The notes under the pieces: model-generated | Told to the model about the DNA's origin: nothing | The model's input: the letters and a program-made list of their open reading frames with translations, nothing else | Databases searched by the model: none | Shown: piece after piece, positions 41,790-61,143 of the stretch | Layout of the letters: each line of letters opens with the position of its first letter | Position numbering within the stretch: position 1 is the stretch's first letter | NCBI RefSeq assembly: GCF_009914755.1 | Contig: NC_060948.1 | Strand: one strand, 5' to 3' | DNA: 64,000 bases | Origin: the human T2T-CHM13v2.0 reference genome, Homo sapiens | Program-made: the position numbers and the translations under genes

Positions 41790-43892
41790 AGATCCATATT
41801 TTGTAAATGAAAAAAAATTTCAAAGGTACTCTGCTTGGTACAATAATCAAATGTATAAACTGAGGAATAAAACATAACCATGAAACCTACTTATAACTGC
41901 ATATGGAAAATACAGAGGATAATTTTTTAAATAACATATTTTGAAAGCCTTAACTAGTAATTTGAAGAGTTGGCATTTGAAAGGCCAGTATGAATAAACC
42001 TTCAAAGCAGCAACACAGGTTCCCCATGAGAAAAAGCAAACACAGGGAAAATAAAAACACAAAGGTTCAATCTCTTCTGACCTTTGAAAGACACAGCACA
42101 GACAGTGGTCCTTAGGACGAAGAGCAGGAGACCCCTAATTCCGTCACCATGGCGATAGGGCATAAACATTGCTGGGTGAGGGCACAATCCACATTGTGAG
42201 GTCCAACTGCTGCCAGGAAGACAGGAGTGCTTTTACATAGACCGAAAGGTCATTGAAGGCTCAGAGTTTTGTTTCAAGAACTGAATCCCAAGCCCACACG
42301 TTATTAGGCTGCGCTTCTTAAAACAAGTTATGAGATGGGAAAAAGGGCACCCACAAACATACGTATACATTATGTATATAATAATATACAGTATCATATA
42401 TATAATATATATAACCTATGTATAATATTGTTTTACATCCTGCATCTTATGTTATATATATTGTATAAAATATAATAGTTGATAATATATAAGTTTTATA
42501 ATTATACAATATGACATATAGTATATATTATAATTTATGACATATATAATATATGTTGTATGTCATATATAGAATATATTATACGGTTAATATACGTATT
42601 AAATATAAATTATACATTATATATATTATATATAATATATCTGTTATATATAATACCCATTATGCATAATATATATATTATGTCTATGTTATATATAGTA
42701 TAAAACAACATATAATAATATATAATTGTATATATAAAATGCGACATATAATATATATTATATTTTATAACATATGTAATATATATTATATATTATATAT
42801 AATACGTTGTATGTATAATACCTATATTAAATATATATTATATGACTATGTTATTAATTACATGTCACATGTGTTATATATTATATATTTTACATAGAAT
42901 ATACCGGTTACATACAATATATACTATGTTACCTATAATGTATAATTTATTACATGTAAAATAAAGAATGCAATATATTATGTAAAATTTATAATAAACC
43001 ATATGTGGAATGTGATATATATAACATATAATATATGATATATGATATACAGTATATGATATATAACATACAATATATGATTCCTAATATATATGGTATA
43101 CAATATATATTTTATGATATGTATTCTATATGTTTTATATTCTGTTATATATAACTATTTGAAATTATATATAACTGTATAATATTTTATGTAAATATGT
43201 AATATAATATATATAACTATATAATATATTATATATAACTATATATTATGTTATATATACTTTTATAACATAATTTACATAAAATATCATAATATAATAT
43301 ATATTATATTATTTCATATTACATAATATATATTACATATCACCCAATATAACTAACATACATAATATTATAATATAGATTATATTATGTTATATTAAAT
43401 ATCATATATATCATGTATCATATATTCTATAATATATATTACACATTATATAATATGTATGTTGTCTATTATGTGATATATATAACTATATATAATTATA
43501 TTTTTATACATATAACTAGATAAACATGTAATTCTACATATTTTCGTTTATAATATGTAGAATTATATAATCAAATATAATTATTTATATTCTATAAAAA
43601 ATTTTATCATTATATAAATTATAATATATAAAAATTATAATATGTACTACAAATATATATATTATATATCATATATGCTATAGTACCTTTGTTATATATC
43701 ATAATACATATAAATGTGTATTATGTTATCTATAATTATATAATTTCATATATAAGTTGTATAATATGTATCATATATTATATATGTTATGTAATATATA
43801 TAGTATATATAAGATGACACAGGATAAATATTATATACTATGAGATATAAAATATATGAGGTTATATGTTACATATAAGGCATAGCACATAA

Positions 43893-44207
<315 letters not shown>

Positions 44208-46335
44208 AGATCCATATTTTTTAAATGAAAAAAAATTTCAAAGGTACTCTGCTTGGTACAATAATCAAATGTATAAACTGAGGAATAAAACATAACCATG
44301 AAACCTACTTATAACTGCATATGGAAAATACAGAGGATAATTTTTTAAATAACATATTTTGAAAGCCTTAACTAGTAATTTGAAGAGCTGGCATTTGAAA
44401 GGCCAGTATGAATATACCTTCAAAGCAGCAACACAGGTTCCCCATGAGAAAAAGCAAACACAGGGAAAATAAAAACACAAAGGTTCAATCTCTTCTGACC
44501 TTTGAAAGACACAGCACAGACAGTGGTCCTTAGGACGAAGAGCAGGAGACCCCTAATTCCGTCACCATGGCGATAGGGCATAAACATTGCTGGGTGAGGG
44601 CACAATCCACATTGTGAGGTCCAACTGCTGCCAGGAAGACAGGAGTGCTTTTACATAGACCGAAAGGTCATTGAAGGCTCAGAGTTTTGTTTCAAGAACT
44701 GAATCCCAAGCCCACACGTTATTAGGCTGCGCTTCTTTAAAAAAGTTATGAGATGGGAAAAAGGGCACCCACAAACATACGTATACATTATGTATATAAT
44801 AATATACAGTATCATATATATAATATATATAACCTATGTATAATATTGTTTTACATCCTGCATCTTATGTTATATATATTGTATAAAATATAATAGTTGA
44901 TAATATATAAGTTTTATAATTATACAATATGACATATAGTATATATTATAATTTATGACATATATAATATATGTTATATGTCATATATAGAATATATTAT
45001 ACGGTTAATATACGTATTAAATATAAATTATACATTATATATATTATATATAATATATCTGTTATATATAATACCCATTATGCATAATATATATATTATA
45101 TCTATGTTATATATAGTATAAAACAACATATAATAATATATAATTGTATATATAAAATGCGACATATAATATATATTATATTTTATAACATATGTAATAT
45201 ATATTATATATTATATATAATACGTTGTAAGTATAATACCTATATTAAATATATATTATATGACTATGTTATTAATTACATGTCACATGTGTTATATATT
45301 ATATATTTTACATAGAATATACCGGTTACATACAATATATACTATGTTACCTATAATGTATAATTTATTACATGTAAAATAAAGAATGCAATATATTATG
45401 TATAATTTATAATATACCATATGTGGAATGTGATATATATAACATATAATATATGATATATGATATACAGTGTATGATATATAACATACAATATATGATT
45501 CCTAATATATATGGTATACAATATATATTTTATGATATGTATTCTATATGTTTTATATTCTGTTATATATAACTATTTGAAATTATATATAACTGTATAA
45601 TATTTTATGTAAATATGTAATATAATATATATAACTATATAATATATTATATATAACTATATATTATGTTATATATACTTTTATAACATAATTTACATAA
45701 AATATCATAATATAATATATATTATATTATTTCATATTACATAATATATATTACATATCACCCAATATAACTAACATACATAATATTATAATATAGATTA
45801 TATTGCGTTATATTAAATATCATATATATCATGTATCATATATTCTATAATATATATTACACATTATATAATATGTATGTTGTCTATTATGTGATATATA
45901 TAACTATATATATAATTATATTTTTATACATATAACTAGATAAACATGTAATTCTACATATTTTCATTTATAATATGTAGAATTATATAATCATATATAA
46001 TTATTTATATTCTATAAAAAATTTTATCATTATATAAATTATAATATATAAAAATTATAATATGTACTACAAATATATATATTATATATCATATATGCTA
46101 TAGTACTATTGTTATATTTCATAATACATATAAATGTGTATTATGTTATCTATAATTATATAATTTCATATATAAGGTGTATAATATGTATCATAAATTA
46201 TATATGTTGTGTAATATATATAGTATATATAAGATGACACAGGATAAATATTATATACTATGACATATAAAATATATGAGGTTATATGTTACATATAAGG
46301 CATAGCACATAACATGTAATATATATCATATATAA

Positions 46336-46627
46336 TTTTTTTTTAGACAGAATCTTGTCCTGTTGCACAGGGTGGGGTACAATGGCGCCATCTTTGCTGA
46401 CTGCAAATTCTGCCTCACGGGTCCAAGCGATTGTCCTCCCTCAGCCTCCCAGGTAGCTGGGACTACACCACACTGGGACTACACCAGCTGCCACCATGCC
46501 TAGCTAATTTTTTGGATTTTTAGTAGTGACAGCGTTTCACTGTATTGGCCAGGATGGTCTTGATCTCTTCACCTTGTGATCCCCTTGCCTTGGCCTCCAA
46601 ATTTGCTGGGATTACAGGCCTGAGCCA
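46336..46627 (-). mobile_element. Diverged Alu, unit 20
   Basis: Near-identical copy; gctgactgcaaattc variant shared with unit 14. Confidence 0.95.
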
Positions 46628-48732
46628 AGATCCATATTTTTTAAATGAAAAAAAATTTCAAAGGTACTCTGCTTGGTACAATAATCAAATGTATAAACTG
46701 AGGAATAAAACATAACCATGAAACCTACTTATAACTGCATATGGAAAATACAGAGGATAATTTTTTAAATAACATATTTTGAAAGCCTTAACTAGTAATT
46801 TGAAGAGTTGGCATTTGAAAGGCCAGTATGAATATACCTTCAAAGCAGCAACACAGGTTCCCCATGAGAAAAAGCAAACACAGGGAAAATAAAAACACAA
46901 AGGTTCAATCTCTTCTGACCTTTGAAAGACACAGCACAGACAGTGGTCCTTAGGACGAAGAGCAGGAGACCCCTAATTCCGTCACCATGGCGATAGGGCA
47001 TAAACATTGCTGGGTGAGGGCACAATCCACATTGTGAGGTCCAACTGCTGCCAGGAAGACAGGAGTGCTTTTACATAGACCGAAAGGTCATTGAAGGCTC
47101 AGAGTTTTCTTTCAAGAACTGAATCCCAAGCCCACACGTTATTAGGCTGCGCTTCTTAAAACAAGTTATGAGATGGGAAAAAGGGCACCCACAAACATAC
47201 GTATACATTATGTATATAATAATATACAGTATCATATATATAATATATATAACCTATGTATAATACTGTTTTACATCCTGCATCTTATGTTATATATATT
47301 GTATAAAATATAATAATTGATAATATATAAGTTTTATAATTATACAATATGACATATAGTATATATTATAATTTATGACATATATAATATATGTTATATG
47401 TCATATATAGAATATATTATACGGTTAATATACGTATTAAATATAAATTATACATTATATATATTATATACAATATATCTGTTATATATAATACCCATTA
47501 TGCATAATATATATATTATGTCTATGTTATATATAGTATAAAACAACATATAGTAATATATAATTGTATATATAAAATGCGACATATAATATATATTATA
47601 TTTTATAACATATGTAATATATATTATATATTATATATAATACGTTGTATGTATAATACCTATATTAAATATATATTATATGACTATGTTATTAATTACA
47701 TGTCACATGTGTTATATATTATATATTTTACATAGAATATACCGGTTACATACAATATATACTATGTTACCTATAATGTATAATTTATTACATGTAAAAT
47801 AAAGAATGCAATATATTATGTATAATTTATAATATACCATATGTGGAATGTGATATATATAACATATCATATATGATATATGATATACAGTATATGATAT
47901 ATAACATACAATATATGATTCCTAATATATATGGTATACAATATATATTTTATGATATGTATTCTATATGTTTTATATTCTGTTATATATAACTATTTGA
48001 AATTATATATAACTGTATAATATTTTATGTAAATATGTAATATAATATATATAACTATATAATATATTATATATAACTATATATTATGTTATATATACTT
48101 TTATAACATAATTTACATAAAATATCATAATATAATATATATTATATTATTTCATATTACATAATATATATTACATATCACCCAATATAACTAACATACA
48201 TAATATTATAATATAGATTATATTGTGTTATATTAAATATCATATATATCATGTATCATATATTCTATAATATATATTACACATTATATAATATGTATGT
48301 TGTCTATTATGTGATATATATAACTATATATATAATTATATTTTTATACATATAACTAGATAAACATGTAATTCTACATATTTTCATTTATAATATGTAG
48401 AATTATATAATCATATATAATTATTTATATTCTATAAAAAATTTTATCATTATATAAATTATAATATATAAAAATTATAATATGTACTACAAATATATAT
48501 ATTATATATCATATATGATATAGTACCTTTGTTATATATCATAATACATATACATGTGTATTATGTTATCTATAATTATATAATTTCATATATAAGATGT
48601 ATAATATGTATCATATATTATATAAGTTATGTAATATATATAGTATATATAAGATGACACAGGATAAATATTATATACTATGACATATAAAATATATGAG
48701 GTTATATGTTACATATAAGGCATAGCACATAA

Positions 48733-49047
<315 letters not shown>

Positions 49048-51152
49048 AGATCCATATTTTGTAAATGAAAAAAAATTTCAAAGGTACTCTGCTTGGTACA
49101 ATAATCAAATGTATAAACTGAGGAATAAAACATAACCATGAAACCTACTTATAACTGCATATGGAAAATACAGAGGATAATTTTTTAAATAACATATTTT
49201 GAAAGCCTTAACTAGTAATTTGAAGAGTTGGCATTTGAAAGGCCAGTATGAATATACCTTCAAAGCAGCAACACAGGTTCCCCATGAGAAAAAGCAAACA
49301 CAGGGAAAACAAAAACACAAAGGTTCAATCTCTTCTGACCTTTGAAAGACACAGCACAGACAGTGGTCCTTAGGACGAAGAGCAGGAGACCCCTAATTCC
49401 GTCACCATGGCGATAGGGCATAAACATTGCTGGGTGAGGGCACAATCCACATTGTGAGGTCCAACTGCTGCCAGGAAGACAGGAGTGCTTTTACATAGAC
49501 CGAAAGGTCATTGAAGGCTCAGAGTTTTGTTTCAAGAACTGAATCCCAAGCCCACACGTTATTAGGCTGCGCTTCTTAAAACAAGTTATGAGATGGGAAA
49601 AAGGGCACCCACAAACATACGTATACATTATGTATATAATAATATACAGTATCATATATATAATATATATAACCTATGTATAATACTGTTTTACATCCTG
49701 CATCTTATGTTATATATATTGTATAAAATATAATAATTGATAATATATAAGTTTTATAATTATACAATATGACATATAGTATATATTATAATTTATGACA
49801 TATATAATATATGTTATATGTCATATATAGAATATATTATACGGTTAATATACGTATTAAATATAAATTATACATTATATATATTATATACAATATATCT
49901 GTTATATATAATACCCATTATGCATAATATATATATTATGTCTATGTTATATATAGTATAAAACAACATATAATAATATATAATTGTATATATAAAATGC
50001 GACATATAATATATATTATATTTTATAACATATGTAATATATATTATATATTATATATAATACGTTGTATGTATAATACCTATATTAAATATATATTATA
50101 TGACTATGTTATTAATTACATGTCACATGTGTTATATATTATATATTTTACATAGAATATACCGGTTACGTACAATATATACTATGTTACCTATAATGTA
50201 TAATTTATTACATGTAAAATAAAGAATGCAATATATTATGTATAATTTATAATATACCATATGTGGAATGTGATATATATAACATATAATATATGATATA
50301 TGATATACAGTATATGATATATAACATACAATATATGATTCCTAATATATACGGTATACAATATATATTTTATGATATGTATTCTATATGTTTTATATTC
50401 TGTTATATATAACTATTTGAAATTATATATAACTGTATAATATTTTATGTAAATATGTAATATAATATATATAACTATATAATATATTATATATAACTAT
50501 ATATTATGTTATATATACTTTTATAACATAATTTACATAAAATATCATAATATAATATATATTATATTATTTCATATTACATAATATATATTACATATCA
50601 CCCAATATAACTAACATACATAATATTATAATATAGATTATATTGTGTTATATTAAATATCATATATATCATGTATCATATATTCTATAATATATATTAC
50701 ACATTATATAATATGTATGTTGTCTATTATGTGATATATAAAACTATATATATAATTATATTTTTATACATATAACTAGATAAACATGTAATTCTACATA
50801 TTTTCATTTATAATATGTAGAATTATATAATCATATATAATTATTAATATTCTATAAAAAATTTTATCATTATATAAATTATAATATATAAAAATTATAA
50901 TATGTACTACAAATATATATATTATATATCATATATGATATAGTACCTTTGTTATATATCATAATACATATACATGTGTATTATGTTATCTATAATTATA
51001 TAATTTCATATATAAGATGTATAATATGTATCATATATTATATAAGTTATGTAATATATATAGGATATATAAGATGACACAGGATAAATATTATATACTA
51101 TGACATATAAAATATATGAGGTTATATGTTACATATAAGGCATAGCACATAA

Positions 51153-51467
<315 letters not shown>

Positions 51468-53570
51468 AGATCCATATTTTGTAAATGAAAAAAAATTTCA
51501 AAGGTACTCTGCTTGGTACAATAATCAAATGTATAAACTGAGGAATAAAACATAACCATGAAACCTACTTATAACTGCATATGGAAAATACAGAGGATAA
51601 TTTTTTAAATAACATATTTTGAAAGCCTTAACTAGTAATTTGAAGAGCTGGCATTTGAAAGGCCAGTATGAATATACCTTAAAAGCAGCAACACAGGTTC
51701 CCCATGAGAAAAAGCAAACACAGGGAAAATAAAAACACAAAGGTTCAATCTCTTCTGAGCTTTGAAAGACACAGCACAGACAGTGGTCCTTAGGACGAAG
51801 AGCAGGAGACCCCTAATTCCGTCACCATGGCGATAGGGCATAAACATTGCTGGGTGAGGGCACAATCCACATTGTGAGGTCCAACTGCTGCCAGGAAGAC
51901 AGGAGTGCTTTTACATAGACCGAAAGGTCATTGAAGGCTCAGAGTTTTCTTTCAAGAACTGAATCCCAAGCCCACACGTTATTAGGCTGCGCTTCTTAAA
52001 ACAAGTTATGAGATGGGAAAAAGGGCACCCACAAACATACGTATACATTATGTATATAATAATATACAGTATCATATATATAATATATATAACCTATGTA
52101 TAATAGTGTTTTACATCCTGCATCTTATGTTATATATATTGTATAAAATATAATAATTGATAATATATAAGTTTTATATTTATACAATATGACATATAGT
52201 ATATATTATAATTTATGACATATATAATATATGTTATATGTCATATATAGAATATATTATACGGTTAATATACGTATTAAATATAAATTATACATTATAT
52301 ATATTATATATAATATATCTGTTATATATAATACCCATTATGCATAATATATATATTATGTCTATGTTATATATAGTATAAAACAACATATAATAATATA
52401 TAATTGTATATATAAAATGCGACATATAATATATATTATATTTTATCACATATGTAATATATATTATATATTATATATAATACGTTGTATGTATAATACC
52501 TATATTAAATATATGTTATATGACTATGTTATTAATTACATGTCACATGTGTTATATATTATATATTTTACATAGAATATACCGGTTACATACAATATAT
52601 ACTATGTTACCTATAATGTATAATTTATTACATGTAAAATAAAGAATGCAATATATTATGTATAATTTATAATATACCATATGTGGAATGTGATATATAT
52701 AACATATAATATATGATATATAATATACAGTATATGATATATAACATACAATATATGATTCCTAATATATATGGTATACAATATATATTTTATGATATGT
52801 ATTCTATATGTTTTATATTCTGTTATATATAACTATTTGAAATTATATAAAACTGTATAATATTTTATGTAAATATGTAATATAATATATATAACTATAT
52901 AATATATTATATATAACTATATATTATGTTATATATACTTTTATAACATAATTTACATAAAATATCATAATATAATATATATTATATTATTTCATATTAC
53001 ATAATATATATTACATATCACCCAATATAACTAACATACATAATATTATAATATAGATTATATTGCGTTATATTAAATATCATATATATCATGTATCATA
53101 TATTCTATAATATATATTACACATTATATAATATGTATGTTGTCTATTATGTGATATATATAACTATATATAATTATATTTTTATACATATAACTAGATA
53201 AACATGTAATTCTACATATTTTCATTTATAATATGTAGAATTATATAATCATATATAATTATTTATATTCTATAAAAAATTTTATCATTATATAAATTAT
53301 AATATATAAAAATTATAATATGTACTACAAATATATATATTATATATCATATATGATATAGTACCTTTGTTATATTTCATAATACATATAAATGTGTATT
53401 ATGTTATCTATAATTATATAATTTCATATATAAGATGTATAATATGTATCATATATTATATATGTTATGTAATATATATAGTATATATAAGATGACACAG
53501 GATAAATATTATATACTATGACATATAAAATATATGAGGTTATATGTTACATATAAGGCATAGCACATAA

Positions 53571-53885
<315 letters not shown>

Positions 53886-55990
53886 AGATCCATATTTTTT
53901 AAATGAAAAAAAATTTCAAAGGTACTCTGCTTGGTACAATAATCAAATGTATAAACTGAGGAATAAAACATAACCATGAAACCTACTTATAACTGCATAT
54001 GGAAAATACAGAAGATAATTTTTTAAATAACATATTTTGAAAGCCTTAACTAGTAATTTGAAGAGTTGGCATTTGAAAGGCCAGTATGAATATACCTTCA
54101 AAGCAGCAACACAGGTTCCCCATGAGAAAAAGCAAACACAGGGAAAATTAAAACACAAAGGTTCAATCTCTTCTGACCTTTGAAAGACACAGCACAGACA
54201 GTGGTCCTTAGGAGGAAGAGCTCGAGACCCCTAATTCCGTCACCATGGCGATAGGGCATAAACATTGCTGGGTGAGGGCACAATCCACATTGTGAGGTCC
54301 AACTGCTGCCAGGAAGACAGGAGTGCTTTTACATAGACCGAAAGGTCATTGAAGGCTCAGAGTTTTGTTTCAAGAACTGAATCCCAAGCCCACACGTTAT
54401 TAGGCTGCGCTTCTTAAAACAAGTTATGAGATGGGAAAAAGGGCACCCACAAACATACGTATACATTATGTATATAATAATATACAGTATCATATATATA
54501 ATATATATAACCTATGTATAATATTGTTTTACATCCTGCATCTTATGTTATATATATTGTATAAAATATAATAATTGATAATATATAAGTTTTATAATTA
54601 TACAATATGACATATAGTATATATTATAATTTATGACATATATAATATATGTTATATGTCATATATAGAATATATTATACGGTTAATATACGTATTAAAT
54701 ATAAATTATACATTATATATATTATATATAATATATCTGTTATATATAATACCCATTATGCATAATATATATATTATGTCTATGTTATATATAGTATAAA
54801 ACAACATATAATAATATATAATTGTATATATAAAATGCGACATATAATATATATTATATTTTATAACATATGTAATATATATTATATATTATATATAATA
54901 CGTTGTATGTATAATACCTATATTAAATATATATTATATGACTATGTTATTATTTACATGTCACATGTGTTATATATTATATATTTTACATAGAATATAC
55001 CGGTTACATACAATATATACTATGTTACCTATAATGTATAATTTATTACATGTAAAATAAAGAATGCAATATATTATGTATAATTTATAATATACCATAT
55101 GTGGAATGTGATATATATAACATATAATATATGATATATGATATACAGTATATGATATATAACATACAATATATGATTCCTAATATATATGGTATACAAT
55201 ATATATTTTATGATAAGTATTCTATATGTTTTATATTCTGTTATATATAACTATTTGAAATTATATATAACTTTATAATATTTTATGTAAATATGTAATA
55301 TAATATATATAACTATATAATATATTATATATAACTATATATTATGTTATATATACTTTTATAACATAATTTACATAAAATATCATAATATAATATATAT
55401 TATATTATTTCATATTACATAATATATATTACATATCACCCAATATAACTAACATACATAATATTATAAGATAGATTATATTGTGTTATATTAAATATCA
55501 TATATATCATGTATCATATATTCTATAATATATATTACACATTATATAATATGTATGTTGTCTATTATGTGATATATATAACTATATATATAATTATATT
55601 TTTATACATATAACTAGATAAACATGTAATTCTACATATTTTCATTTATAATATGTAGAATTATATAATCATATATAATTATTTATATTCTATAAAAAAT
55701 TTTATCATTATATAAATTATAATATATAAAAATTATAATATGTACTACAAATATATATATTATATATCATATATGATATAGTACCTTTGTTATATATCAT
55801 AATACATATACATGTGTATTATGTTATCTATAATTATATAATTTCATATATAAGATGTATAATATGTATCATATATTATATAAGTTATGTAATATATATA
55901 GTATATATAAGATGACACAGGATAAATATTATATACTATGACATATAAAATATATGAGGTTATATGTTACATATAAGGCATAGCACATAA

Positions 55991-56305
<315 letters not shown>

Positions 56306-58410
56306 AGATCCATATTTTGTAAATGAAAAAAAATTTCAAAGGTACTCTGCTTGGTACAATAATCAAATGTATAAACTGAGGAATAAAACATAACCATGAA
56401 ACCTACTTATAACTGCATATGGAAAATACAGAGGATAATTTTTTAAATAACATATTTTGAAAGCCTTAACTAGTAATTTGAAGAGTTGGCATTTGAAAGG
56501 CCAGTATGAATATACCTTCAAAGCAGCAACACAGGTTCCCCATGAGAAAAAGCAAACACAGGGAAAACAAAAACACAAAGGTTCAATCTCTTCTGAGCTT
56601 TGAAAGACACAGCACAGACAGTGGTCCTTAGGACGAAGAGCAGGAGACCCCTAATTCCGTCACCATGGCGATAGGGCATAAACATTGCTGGGTGAGGGCA
56701 CAATCCACATTGTGAGGTCCAACTGCTGCCAGGAAGACAGGAGTGCTTTTACATAGACCGAAAGGTCATTGAAGGCTCAGAGTTTTGTTTCAAGAACTGA
56801 ATCCCAAGCCCACACGTTATTAGGCTGCGCTTCTTAAAACAAGTTATGAGATGGGAAAAAGGGCACCCACAAACATACGTATACATTATGTATATAATAA
56901 TATACAGTATCATATATATAATATATATAACCTATGTATAATACTGTTTTACATCCTGCATCTTATGTTATATATATTGTATAAAATATAATAATTGATA
57001 ATATATAAGTTTTATAATTATACAATATGACATATAGTATATATTATAATTTATGACATATATAATATATGTTATATGTCATATATAGAATATATTATAC
57101 GGTTAATATACGTATTAAATATAAATTATACATTATATATATTATATACAATATATCTGTTATATATAATACCCATTATGCATAATATATATATTATGTC
57201 TATGTTATATATAGTATAAAACAACATATAATAATATATAATTGTATATATAAAATGCGACATATAATATATATTATATTTTATAACATATGTAATATAT
57301 ATTATATATTATATATAATACGTTGTATGTATAATACCTATATTAAATATATATTATATGACTATGTTATTAATTACATGTCACATGTGTTATATATTAT
57401 ATATTTTACATAGAATATACCGGTTACGTACAATATATACTATGTTACCTATAATGTATAATTTATTACATGTAAAATAAAGAATGCAATATATTATGTA
57501 TAATTTATAATATACCATATGTGGAATGTGATATATATAACATATAATATATGATATATGATATACAGTATATGATATATAACATACAATATATGATTCC
57601 TAATATATACGGTATACAATATATATTTTATGATATGTATTCTATATGTTTTATATTCTGTTATATATAACTATTTGAAATTATATATAACTGTATAATA
57701 TTTTATGTAAATATGTAATATAATATATATAACTATATAATATATTATATATAACTATATATTATGTTATATATACTTTTATAACATAATTTACATAAAA
57801 TATCATAATATAATATATATTATATTATTTCATATTACATAATATATATTACATATCACCCAATATAACTAACATACATAATATTATAATATAGATTATA
57901 TTGTGTTATATTAAATATCATATATATCATGTATCATATATTCTATAATATATATTACACATTATATAATATGTATGTTGTCTATTATGTGATATATATA
58001 ACTATATATATAATTATATTTTTATACATATAACTAGATAAACATGTAATTCTACATATTTTCATTTATAATATGTAGAATTATATAATCATATATAATT
58101 ATTAATATTCTATAAAAAATTTTATCATTATATAAATTATAATATATAAAAATTATAATATGTACTACAAATATATATATTATATATCATATATGATATA
58201 GTACCTTTGTTATATATCATAATACATATACATGTGTATTATGTTATCTATAATTATATAATTTCATATATAAGATGTATAATATGTATCATATATTATA
58301 TAAGTTATGTAATATATATAGGATATATAAGATGACACAGGATAAATATTATATACTATGACATATAAAATATATGAGGTTATATGTTACATATAAGGCA
58401 TAGCACATAA

Positions 58411-58725
<315 letters not shown>

Positions 58726-60828
58726 AGATCCATATTTTGTAAATGAAAAAAAATTTCAAAGGTACTCTGCTTGGTACAATAATCAAATGTATAAACTGAG
58801 GAATAAAACATAACCATGAAACCTACTTATAACTGCATATGGAAAATACAGAGGATAATTTTTTAAATAACATATTTTGAAAGCCTTAACTAGTAATTTG
58901 AAGAGCTGGCATTTGAAAGGCCAGTATGAATATACCTTAAAAGCAGCAACACAGGTTCCCCATGAGAAAAAGCAAACACAGGGAAAATAAAAACACAAAG
59001 GTTCAATCTCTTCTGACCTTTGAAAGACACAGCACAGACAGTGGTCCTTAGGACGAAGAGCAGGAGACCCCTAATTCCGTCACCATGGCGATAGGGCATA
59101 AACATTGCTGGGTGAGGGCACAATCCACATTGTGAGGTCCAACTGCTGCCAGGAAGACAGGAGTGCTTTTACATAGACCGAAAGGTCATTGAAGGCTCAG
59201 AGTTTTGTTTCAAGAACTGAATCCCAAGCCCACACGTTATTAGGCTGCGCTTCTTAAAACAAGTTATGAGATGGGAAAAAGGGCACCCACAAACATACGT
59301 ATACATTATGTATATAATAATATACAGTATCATATATATAATATATATAACCTATGTATAATAGTGTTTTACATCCTGCATCTTATGTTATATATATTGT
59401 ATAAAATATAATAATTGATAATATATAAGTTTTATATTTATACAATATGACATATAGTATATATTATAATTTATGACATATATAATATATGTTATATGTC
59501 ATATATAGAATATATTATACGGTTAATATACGTATTAAATATAAATTATACATTATATATATTATATATAATATATCTGTTATATATAATACCCATTATG
59601 CATAATATATATATTATGTCTATGTTATATATAGTATAAAACAACATATAATAATATATAATTGTATATATAAAATGCGACATATAATATATATTATATT
59701 TTATCACATATGTAATATATATTATATATTATATATAATACGTTGTATGTATAATACCTATATTAAATATATGTTATATGACTATGTTATTAATTACATG
59801 TCACATGTGTTATATATTATATATTTTACATAGAATATACCGGTTACATACAATATATACTATGTTACCTATAATGTATAATTTATTACATGTAAAATAA
59901 AGAATGCAATATATTATGTATAATTTATAATATACAATATGTGGAATGTGATATATATAACATATAATATATGATATATGATATACAGTATATGATATAT
60001 AACATACAATATATGATTCCTAATATATATGGTATACAATATATATTTTATGATATGTATTCTATATGTTTTATATTCTGTTATATATAACTATTTGAAA
60101 TTATATAAAACTGTATAATATTTTATGTAAATATGTAATATAATATATATAACTATATAATATATTATATATAACTATATATTATGTTATATATACTTTT
60201 ATAACATAATTTACATAAAATATCATAATATAATATATATTATATTATTTCATATTACATAATATATATTACATATCACCCAATATAACTAACATACATA
60301 ATATTATAATATAGATTATATTGCGTTATATTAAATATCATATATATCATGTATCATATATTCTATAATATATATTACACATTATATAATATATATGTTG
60401 TCTATTATGTGATATATATAACTATATATAATTATATTTTTATACATATAACTAGATAAACATGTAATTCTACATATTTTCATTTATAATATGTAGAATT
60501 ATATAATCATATATAATTATTTATATTCTATAAAAAATTTTATCATTATATAAATTATAATATATAAAAATTATAATATGTACTACAAATATATATATTA
60601 TATATCATATATGATATAGTACCTTTGTTATATTTCATAATACATATAAATGTGTATTATGTTATCTATAATTATATAATTTCATATATAAGATGTATAA
60701 TATGTATCATATATTATATATGTTATGTAATATATATAGTATATATAAGATGACACAGGATAAATATTATATACTATGACATATAAAATATATGAGGTTA
60801 TATGTTACATATAAGGCATAGCACATAA

Positions 60829-61143
<315 letters not shown>

